The translations under genes and the position numbers were made by a program. A DNA stretch of 64,000 bases from Paecilomyces variotii (Eukaryota): assembly GCA_004022145.1 (NCBI GenBank), contig RCNU01000003.1; one strand, written 5' to 3'. Position 1 is the stretch's first letter, and each line of letters starts with the position of its first letter. Under the pieces are notes generated by a model. It was not told the DNA's origin. It saw nothing but the letters and a program-made list of their open reading frames with translations, and ran no database searches. Below, piece after piece: positions 53,290-64,000 of the stretch.

Positions 53290-54020
53290 TTATTATTAGA
53301 AAGCCTATTATAGATTTTTAATCTATTTTTTATAGCTAAAACAGATTATAATAATAATAATAATAATAATTTTATTAGGCCTATTTTAGATAATAGTCTA
53401 GAAATAATTTTATAAATAATAATATTATTAAAAGAGAATAGATACTAATATATTTATAATAAAACTCTATCTTTAATATTTATAACTCTTATTATTATAA
53501 TTCTATCTTCTCTAGATATTATTATACCTGCTTTTAGTCTTATATAAGAGTAATATAATTAGTCTTAAACAGCCAATTAGCTATATTTATCCTAGGTATA
53601 AATCCCTAAAGATAAGATAATAAAGGTATATACTCTTATAATTATTAGGAAGTAATAGTTTTTTAAGCAGAAAGATTTAGAATATCTTAATCTTAATAAA
53701 TAATATAATATTAGTTATATTAACTATATTATAGAGACTAAGTTAGGTAAATAATTCTTTAGGGAGAATAAGTATATAGCCTATTAGCTTTATAATAAGA
53801 AATATTAAATCTATTTTATAAAAAGTACCCAGCAGATATATAGGCCTAGAAATACTTATACTTATTATTATTTAACTGCTCGCGCTAAGGGCTATAGCTT
53901 AAATAAATAATATAAATAAGCCCCCTTATTATTATTATCCCCTCCTTAGACTTTATTATTAAAAAGGGGTCCTTTTTTTAATATTAATAATAGTGCTATT
54001 GTAGTTTAATAGACACTAAT
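53290..54020 (+). pseudogene. RIP-destroyed Zn2Cys6-like ORF3 (copy 2)
   Basis: Homologous to 38100-38830 (offset 15187). Motif starts at TAT 53773; retains ACC CAG CAG and GCT CGC GCT AAG GGC. Confidence 0.5.
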
Positions 54021-54639
54021 ATATAATTTAAGTTAAGTATACTCTATTTACTAATTATTCTGCTTTATAAATAAGCTTTAATTAGATTTTTAATAATTAG
54101 TAGGCTATATAGCTAAATATTTTAAAATATTTTAAAAGGGCTTAACTACAAGTATTAATTAGTAATATAATAATCTTTATATTAATTACTCTATTTTATA
54201 GGTAAGCTTTAATTAGGTTTTTAATAATTAATAGGCTATATAGTTAAATACTTTAAGATATCTTAAAAGGGCCTAACTATAAGTATTAGCTGTTATATTA
54301 TATTTATTAGGCTGAGTTAATATTAATAAGTAAGAGGGGGGAGAATATTAAAATTAGATTTTGTATCTCTATATAATAGTACCTGGGTAATATAGTTTAA
54401 AGCTAATCTAAAGCGTAGTTAAATAGAGATATAATTAGTTTATTAAAATAGCTAATATAGACCCTCTTATATTATATTTTATCTTATTTTATATATAGAG
54501 CTCCTTAGCTAAATAATATATATTAAGCCTCTTACTATTAAATCAGGAGTTTAGGAGAGTAAATAATTATATGTTTTTTATATATTAATCTCTTAATATT
54601 AGCTTAGGAGTTTTAAGGACTTAAGGATTATATATTTTA

Positions 54640-57600
54640 TTATATATTAACCCTTTTATTAGCCTAGATCTTATAGGGAGTAAATAGATTATTAGTAGGT
54701 TATATACTCCTCTAATATTAAATACTTAAAGCTATATTATTAATAAGGATATTATTATAGTATTTATTAATAATAATAATATATTTATAGATATTTTGCT
54801 TAATATTATTATTATTAGTAAACTATATATTAGCAATTATCTTTATATAATAGATATAGCTATTATTAAACTAATTAACCTTTTTAGCTAGTTATTTTAT
54901 TCTAATCTATATTATATCTTTTAAGTTAAATAGAGCTGAAAAATTAGAGAGATATTTAAAGTCTTTTAGTACAGCAAGGTTTCTAATTAATAGATTTTAA
55001 GCTAATAAGAATATCTTATCTAATATAGATACTATAATATGCAAATTAGGCATATATTAACTAAATATAGACTTAAGCCTTTTTTATAGACTCTATATTT
55101 AGGTATTTATTAAATAAATATAGTTAAAGCTAATATCTATATTATATATAGAATTCTGATATATTTTTATTTTAATTTTATAGTTTATATTAAGATATTT
55201 AAGATTAAGATTAATAGCTTTAAAATAAGCTGGCTTGTCTTGCTAATTAATAAGACTTAATATTAGAATAGTATATTATAGCTCTGGATTATTAACTAAT
55301 AATAGATTTTATTAATAATATAGCATTTTATTACTATAATTATATTAAGATATATTAAAGAAATAAATAATTAATAGGTTAACTAAGTAATAAAAAAGCC
55401 TAATATTACTGTATTTAATAATATACTAAATAGTAAAAAATAATTCAATTTCCTGTAGTAGCTAATATATTAAATAAAATCTAATATCCTAGATAGGTTA
55501 TTTTATATAAGGATTAACCCCCTCTTATACTTTAAATATAAATATTATAAGTTAAATATCTTTAATAAGCTGTAAGTAATCTATAGTTACTAAAATACTA
55601 ATTACTTAATTATATTCTTACTATTTTTTAAGATAATTATCTATAATAGTTATAAAATATTTTTTGCGCTATATTAAGCAATAGAATAGTGCTAATACTC
55701 AGGTTAAAAAGCTTTATAAAATAATTAGTTTTAATTAATAATATTTTAGGCTTTTTAGATTTATTTAGCTATATCCTTATATAGCAATATTAGACTTAAT
55801 ATAGTAATATACTTTTTAACTAGGTATTATAAATATAAAATATATCTATATTATTATATTTAATAGATTTAATTAGATATAGAACTATATAAGAACTCTA
55901 AGAAGCTATTATCTTTAATTATAAGGTAACTCAGCATATAATTATTTAGTTTATATAGTTTAGATATATTCTATAATAAGTTAATTATTATAAATAAGCT
56001 AAAGGCATATATTAAAATTATTGGGCTTTCTAGGCTTTTAAGAAGTATATAGATATAATTATTAAAAAAAGATATTATTATAAATATTATAGGTCCCAGT
56101 AATAATTCTTTTATCTTTAAATATTACCCTAAACTGCTAGAATTATATTTAGCTTAAGATAAGATAATCTAATTTTAGTATAAAAGGTATTATAGATTTA
56201 AATAATTAAAATATCTTTTTAATAAAAGATAAATATATCTTTATAATTATATTTAATATAAGAAAGATAGATATATACTTCCTTATATTATTATTATTAC
56301 TATATATTATTAGGGATTTAATAATATTATAGAAATTAAGAGGAATAGCTAGATTATATATATTTTAAGATAAGCCTAATGCTAGAATATTAAGATATAT
56401 TATAATTATAGCTATTATAACTATATATATTATAACTTTATGCCTAAGGATTTTATTATATATTATTTCTTTAAAATTTATATTATTATAGACTATAATA
56501 TTTTATAGGTTTTTTTTTAAAATTAGTAGATATAACTATAATTAATATTAGCTATTACTCTTAAATTATCTAAGAGTTTAGAAATTTTAATAAGAGAATC
56601 TAAAAATAAAGGGAAGTTTATAAAAATATAAAATTAGCAAGATATAGAATATTATAATAAAAATTAAGCTATTTTTTTATAATCTGCTATCTGTTTTATT
56701 AAGTAATTCCCCTATATATAATTATAGTATAATCTAAGCCCCAATAAAGTATCTATAATTTAATGCTTTATTCTTAAGCTTATTAAGTAGGTATTAAGTA
56801 TTAAAAATAGGTAGTTTAATTATTTTATATAATAAGAATAATAAATTATATTAATAATAATAAATAGCTGTTATTAAAGACTTTCTCTATTATACTAGCT
56901 AGTATAACTTATCTAATAGGTATAGTAATTTCTTATTATATTATAAAGAAAGGTATATAGCCTAGATATAATATTTTAAATAATATTAAAAGCAGTATTA
57001 AAGTTAATATCTTCTAATAGAGTAATATAATTAAATTTGCTAAAATATAGTTGTTTAATTAGCTTATTAAGCTCTATCTTAGCTATTAAAGCTAGGTTAT
57101 AATAATTAATAATCCTTAATATTTTTTCTAATATCTTTTGCTAAATATAATATTATTATTTATAAATATAGTAGCAATAATACTAGATCTCTAAAGAATA
57201 TATAATCTATATATATATAAGCTGTTTAAAGCTCTAATAAGATTTATATAGATATTTAATAAAGTTCTTAAGTCTCTGCTAAATCTAGAATATTAATTAT
57301 CTATTTAAATTATCTATATTAAATATATTAAGATTATTATTCTTTAGCTTATTATAGCCCTTTTTAGACTTATTTATATTAATTCTAAAATTATTTAGCA
57401 AGATAATCTCTATAGGAGGTAAGAATAAGTAGTTTAAGAATATATTAAATAATAGCAGTTTAAGATACTGCTTTTAAAATATTTTTATATAAGATTAAGG
57501 CTCTATATTAAATATTGGCGAAGTAGGAGATTAAGATAAATTAATTAAGCCTATTTTTAACCCAAATAGATATAATTTAAGATATAAAGTATTGCGTTAA

Positions 57601-57640
57601 AGATTAATAATTAATTTATATAAGGTTAGTTAATTATCTC
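54640..57640 (-). pseudogene. RIP-destroyed DUF6589/Academ transposase (copy 2)
   Basis: Homologous to 39450-42450; GDIG relic at 55399-55410. Ends approximate. Confidence 0.8.
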
Positions 57641-60600
57641 TTATAAATTGCAACTAATTATTCTTAGACCTTTTATAAGATTTTTTATTATATAGCCTAT
57701 TATTAGTTTAAGAGCTAGTAGATATATTTTATATTATATTATTGGCTCAGTTATTTAATTATTATATTAATACAGGCCGTCGCAGTGAAAAGCCCATCTG
57801 TAGGGGGGGCACCTTGCTAGAGGGTCTGAGCTTGCTGAGATAACTAGATAGAGGGAGTTGATTTGTAAATAAATCAAGTCGAGCCCACGTATTCTGGAAT
57901 AGGTGTCATGAGGGACAGAAGAAAAAAAAGAAAAGAAAATAAGTTAAAAAAAAAATAAAGTAATTCTAGAAGGCTGTCATCGGCGCTTATCGATTGGAAG
58001 GAAGGTTTGAAATTAATTCTCGCAACACTACCGATTTGTTGTACCGCGTGGTCATGGGGACAATATACATATTCTTCAATGTTACCTTTTGCTTAACTTC
58101 CCGCGAGAGATAAGGTTGTGTTAGGTGGGTGCTTACACGATGGAAATTGCGCAATTATTCCCGTGCTTTCTCTATCATTGAGCTTTGCGGGCGAAGTCCG
58201 AAGTGATCTTGCGCGTATGGCGGATATCTCCGACAGTGGTCATTTTTTATCTGGGGAAGTGGGAGCATTGGATGCCTTGTGCGGTGGTAGATGGAATTTA
58301 CGAGGTATTTTTATTAATTAGTTGTAGTTACATCAAGTGTATTCCGGATCAGATATATATCTGTATTGTATTGGGTAATTTACTTAGATAGTATACGTGG
58401 TGATGGTTATACCCCACGTCCCGATATAGAAATATATATCAACATCAATATATAAAAATTACGGTACATCGACAACTGCATTTTCCCAGAAAGTACAATT
58501 ATGGAAGAGGAACCGAGACCAATCAACAATACAACAGCAATGTGAACTGAGATATCTCTCATCGTTCTATTTCAAACTGGCCCGTCAACGCATGTGATAT
58601 CCAGGCGTCATGTGAAGAGGAATCGGAGTTGCCGTCAGTCTTTTCTCCGTCTCGTGATGGAGCCCCTTTTACTCTTCCTACAACGAGGGCCTTAGCAATC
58701 TCTTTCACTAACTGTGTATTATTCGGTGTTTCCGAAGTGCTTCTATCTCTTACTGCAGTTGACGCCTGTGTAGTCACAGAGAGAACTGGTACCTGAGTTT
58801 GTCTCTTGTCAGTTGATACAGGCCCACATCGAGTTCAGACATGCCACGTTCTATGCAGGGGTATATCACCTCGCCTATCTACCCCCAGACGGTCACTGCT
58901 GCCACATGAAACGCCGTCTGAAATCGGGCCGCGGGGGCCTCAGGAACAGAGCAACGTGTTTGCGCTGCCATCTGCTGACTATCCTAGGCTGCGGCCCCTG
59001 ATGCTTGACGCACAAGCATTATCCTTGATTCCTGACCCTGCAAAGATGTACATATGTGCCAACCCTCTATATGAGTATTACCCATATTTGAGTGCGCCTC
59101 CATCAGCGGAAAAGATATACCTGGATCACTCACTTTCCAGGATACTTGTACCCGGCGACCAATTTTGCGCCAATTCCCGCAGACGTCGGTGATCGTCTCC
59201 CCGAGCCCTGTCTTATTTCACCCCTACCCTGGTCCGTGGAATTGGGGAAATGGTACAACCGAACCGATATCACAAAAATTTCTTGAACATCTTTGACAAA
59301 TAGACAAAGAACCAAGATAGTTGTCTACGAACGCTGAGGCCACAGAGTGCGCATACCGGGGTCTGGACCGCGGGGGAGATGTCCGGGGTTCAGGAATGTG
59401 GCGCTTGGATCTGCCATGACGGACTGCTGATTTGACTGTCCCATTGGCGAGGCTGAGATCGTCCTGGTCGCTGGAAGCCAGCCCTATTCTGCTCGTCCAA
59501 CCAAGGATGGAGATGAGATCCAACTGCTAAGAATGGATACTACAACCTGATTCTGAGTCCGGGGGCGGAAGATTTGATGCAGTTCCCCGGATACAGACAT
59601 ACATCTTGGGTACGTAACAAGTTATGGAGGCTGAACACATTCCATTATTGCCCGTTATTGCCACAAGAAGGAGCAGATGACCAGGTAAAAAGGACAACTA
59701 TTGATGCTTCAGACGAGCCCATATGCATCTAACCCGTCAGACCGTAAGCCATTCCCAATAGCTCCCTTGCCCAGCTGGCGGAAACTACGAGAATACTGTT
59801 GATCACCTGTCTCAACCAAACCAGACATGGATCGGGACAGTATATTGTATGTAAAACCCAATATACGTCACATAGTCAAGTAACTATTGTGATCAGCCCA
59901 ATTACCATACAGACGAGGAAAAGGTATCTCCTCGTTCCTGGGTAATCGCCTGGCATACCATCTGAGTCTTGACTGGGTACAAGACGCGATATGCGAAACA
60001 AACGGACAAGTCCAGAATTGTATGCTTGAGAAAAGGAGTATGGTTCATGCGGAGATCCGCGTAGGAAAGACTCCGCAAAGACGGGGAAGCACCAACCCCG
60101 CAAACGGATGGGTCTTACCGTCTTAGGCGAACCATGGAGACATTCAATACTCGTTCGTACAAAAGGTGGACTATCAGATCTGGTACCGTTTTCAATGATC
60201 AAGTTGGACCGGCAATATCAAGTAATACCTAGGTAGGTAACGACAGGAGTGACGTGGAACAGAAGTCATAAGCAGCTGACAATGGCAGATTTAGCAATCC
60301 TGAGATTACAGCTTGCCTAACCTTACTCAGCTATATGTATGGTGGAGATTGCAATATGGGGTGAGACTGGTTGGAGCCGATTAGGAACAAAGTATGTATG
60401 TATGTACATACAGAGGTATTCTACTCCATACATAGGTCCTACTGGTTGCTGGGGAGAAAGATAAAGGTAGAAATATTTATTGCGTGACTTGATCAGTCAA
60501 ATGATATATCATGGAACCCAGAGTATCCTATATTCCTTTATCTTTTTGTCTGTGTTTAGATGCTTGCTTTGCCGCTTGGGTGTTTTATCGTGCTACTTCT

Positions 60601-63600
60601 TGGTTACAGACTGTACCTCGGGGCTGGTTATCTCTATCTTCCCCAGAGAGTCGCATTACAACCTCGAGAGAATTATATCATACAACAAAGCGCGTATCTT
60701 CGTGATAACTTAACAGCAAATTCGAGAATGGCATTGAGATTATAGTAGGTGCCTATAACTTGATACCTGGTTCGTTGACAGCTAGAATGACAGCGCTTTC
60801 TTCGCCTGGTATTAGGCAGCTGCTGGCAAATATCGCAAATACCTAAACACCGCATCTTTCGAACGTGATCGCATAGGAAGCTTATCTGGCTATCTTGACC
60901 AGCGCAGACCTGTAAGTCTATATCAAACCCGTGATAGCGTTGTCAGCGCTAGCGCTTTCATATACCTACTTGCGTTTAGATCATTTAGACCGCGGGACAG
61001 GGATTTACTTCCACCCGCTGGTGAGAATTCGGTTCATGGGACGCACTATTTAATGGTAGTAACTAGATTAATTCATAGTGGCTCCTTTTCAAGATGGTTA
61101 GTTACTCGTCGTCACGCCCGTGCAGAAGATACACCGGCCACAGAATATATGCACAGGAAGATAATTCCGCGACTCTACGCATGTAGCTGGCAAAACTGCG
61201 AAGCGCCATGTTTAGGAGTATCTCATGGCTCTAGTCCGAATAACCATATTTTCTAGCACTGTTGACGGACATTGTCCGTCTGTGGTTTCTCATATGATGA
61301 GATTGACAAAGGCTCTCCTGCTACGAAGTTTAGTAGTTGCAGTAAGTATTTGAGTAAGCCTTCATGCCCTGTCTCTACCAGTCCAAGAATTTGAGATATG
61401 ATTCAGTTCATGACTGGTACAGCACTATTGAATCCACTCTTATCATACTATATTCTCCTGCGTCAATGCTACCAAGTCCTCGGGACTCCCCCACCCCCTG
61501 GAGCGGTCCCCAGAGTGCGGTCCACGGCGCGCAGCCCCGGATATAGGACTTCTTACTGCAACGTTAGAGGATACCAAATAAAACAATGCTGCATTCTGAG
61601 TTAGTAAACCTGCGACGTCCTCGACCCACTGGAATCTGCGGCGCGCATCAACGGTAATGTTAAACGGTCATATGATCCTAGAGGAATCAATTCTTTTCAG
61701 GGGCTTCTCGTTCTACTTAGTACCTAGTCTAATTTCAGCGCCAACAATCAGCTAATTCGAGAATCAGTCTAGGAAGCTCCTGTTCTTGAACGGCGGAGAT
61801 ATCAAGATGGTTCCGCATAAATTCTATTACTATCTTTACAACCAACGGAAGCCTGAGTAAATGCTTGAATGAGGCCGTTGCGTAATTTACAGCTATTCCC
61901 TGGACTCCGGTAACACCCTGCGGAGTTTCTCCATGATTCTATCTCAAGTTGGGGAAAGTTGTGATTACGAAACCATATGCTGAATCTTAGGCACATCAAT
62001 ATGCTGCTCACCATGGATGAGCTATTCAATCAAGTTGTTATCTGTCTCAAGAAGCCCGCATTTGACGGCACGGAACTTGGAGATGCCTTCCTAATCACGG
62101 CATGCCGTGCCTAGATATGGATTTGCATACTCTTCTACCAGTTCTCTATCAATAATAGCGCCTGTGCCGTCGGAACGGTCACCTTATGACCCATTAACCA
62201 GCTTGCTGGGACACAAAGTACCACTAACGCAGCCTCCGTTGATTCTAATAATGAGGCAAATAACTAGTGCGTTATCTCCGCTAAGTTGGGTCGTACTCCC
62301 TACAATTTAAGGACCATAACTGATACACGTATTACGAACTCAGGAGCTTGTTACGATCGAATACCTATCCTTTACTCTATCTATATAGAGTATCGCTCGG
62401 CTGTCCATTCCAACATATGTCCAAGCTTCTGTGGGTATTTGACAGAAAGACGCCGGGACTCCGTGGTCAGACTACGAACAACTCCAAATCAACTCAATTT
62501 TGAGAAGCCAGCTCGGCTCGGCTCTCTCCCTTCCAATCAACGGAGCAGCTTTTATTATGACGCGACGTGATCCGCATGATTGCTTATGCGTAAACGATGC
62601 AAGCATCTATTACGAAGTCTCTTCCCAACGGAGCAGGACCTACGGATGCACGAACGGCCTTTGCTGCGCTTTAAATTCTATTATAGGCATAGACGGTCCA
62701 CAGTATACGCTATTTGATGCTACCGAACGATAGCTGGCAGTCGCCGTTTCGAAGCCGTCTGTCCCAGGGGAAAGGGAGTTGGGCCCCTAACGCATCTGTT
62801 TACTCTAGAGAGTGGGGGAAGAGCATCCCATGAACTTGAACTCCGGAAAAGTACCGATGGTAAAAATACACGGTTGTCTGTGCTCTGTTCAGTACGGTCG
62901 AGCGTCCTATACGGTTCTCACCGATTTACAGGTTATTGTATTAAACGGTGAGAGAAGCTTGCATGGGTCACACCCGTGTGATATACTCACCGTAGTTACC
63001 TCCTTTCTATTTCGGGATAGAAGATGATAGCTATTATTGCTCGCATTTTCTTGACCGCTAGTTTCTGGTGTTGGAGTATGTCCTGCACACACCGCGAGAA
63101 CATTCCTCGGGACATTTGTGGTAGTCTCTCCAGTTTTGAGCTAGCGAATGATATAATACTGTAGACACAGTAATATCTGTGGATAGAGGAGATTGAAGTG
63201 ATTTACTGTCATATGTTAGTAGCGTTTCAATGAGAGGAAAACAATACTGATGTCCAGACCGAGCCCGTCACTTATTATAGCTGACATAACTACCACTTTT
63301 ATATTCCGATAGAGAAATAGCCCACAGTCATCTGCTATTTCTTTTTAATAAAAGATATTCTCGTAGATCTATAATAATTCCTTGTAAGTGTGCTATCATT
63401 AATAGCTCAGACCTATGTAGACAATTTTATTCTTCTTGTTTCTCAGCATTAAGATCCTATGGAGGGAACTCTGCAGATCTAGAGACCGTGAAGGATGTCA
63501 TTAACTTGCTCATAGGACATAGAGATCTCCCTGCGCACATATGTTTGATGAAAGAGTCTTAAGTGGCCTGACTGCGACTCCTTCAGGCTTCCTTAGCTGT

Positions 63601-64000
63601 ATCAAAAGAGCTTTAGGAATTATTTTATTCTAATTCATCGATGAACCCTATGATGAAGCATACTGGAAGCGACCAGGAAGGTCCCATGACACTCAACCAC
63701 AGTCATTAACACGTCTGTTCAATTTCTCAAGTATCTGGATTTGCACTACAAGACAGACCTACTTTCCCACTTTGATAACTTCCTTGTTTCAGGAGGATGA
63801 AAGATAGCAGGGCCGCTAAAGTGCTGACTTGCATCTAGTAAAAGCCTGTGTCAAGTTTATTTTTCGATTCTTATTTCTATTTGACAAGGTATCCTTCTGG
63901 CATTACATCGAGAAAGGAGACTTCTTGCCCTCTCCACAAATCGGCCGAGATAGAGATTTGCGAAGAGAATCTTTATAAGAGTTTCGCATCATATGTCGAG

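Larger units (their letters stand above)
49072..57843. mobile_element. AcademH-like TIR DNA transposon, copy 2 (8772 bp including nested MITE), inactivated by RIP
   Basis: Perfect 19-bp TIR TTATCTCAGCAAGCTCAGA ... TCTGAGCTTGCTGAGATAA. Direct repeat CTAGATAG at 49064-49071 and 57844-57851. Same orientation as copy 1, differing from it mainly by C/T and G/A transitions. Confidence 0.9.

Noticed and set aside
34393-57843. One giant composite element, Starship, or LTR pair
   Set aside because: Each copy has its own TIRs and a different TSD. No DUF3435 tyrosine-recombinase captain, TG..CA LTR ends or RT/integrase motifs were seen.
34393-57843. AT-rich blocks as mitochondrial insertion or foreign low-GC DNA
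   Set aside because: TpA excess, transition-dominated differences between copies and recoverable transposon motifs indicate RIP.
63430-63970. Faint cytochrome P450-like peptide snippets on + (DVINLLIGHRD, HYIEKGD)
   Set aside because: No ExxR, PERF or FxxGxxxCxG motif, and many stops; unsupported without BLASTx.

Overview
Filamentous-ascomycete genomic DNA (Eurotiales-like; GT-AG introns, RIP). The left 32 kb holds a PNP_UDP-NACHT-ankyrin NLR-like gene that runs off the left edge and a broken ketopantoate-reductase fragment. It also holds five genes of the tyrosine-catabolism/pyomelanin cluster (maiA, fahA, hmgX, hmgA, hppD; no hmgR in view), an 11-exon CCCH/CHY zinc-finger gene, a ~12 kb gene-free stretch and a DUF1752/DUF3295 (Mks1-like) regulator. 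The right 32 kb has no intact gene. It is dominated by two independently inserted, heavily RIP-mutated copies of one ~8.3 kb TIR DNA transposon (34393-42656 and 49072-57843), each with 19-20 bp TIRs and its own 8(-9) bp TSD. Reversing RIP by hand with both copies recovers three relic ORFs: a RecQ-like SF2 helicase (+), a Zn2Cys6-like protein (+) and a DUF6589/Academ-type transposase (-). That makes it an AcademH-like element with an apparent third gene. Copy 2 carries a nested 495 bp hAT-type MITE. Exon boundaries and de-RIP translations are manual; no database searches were run.
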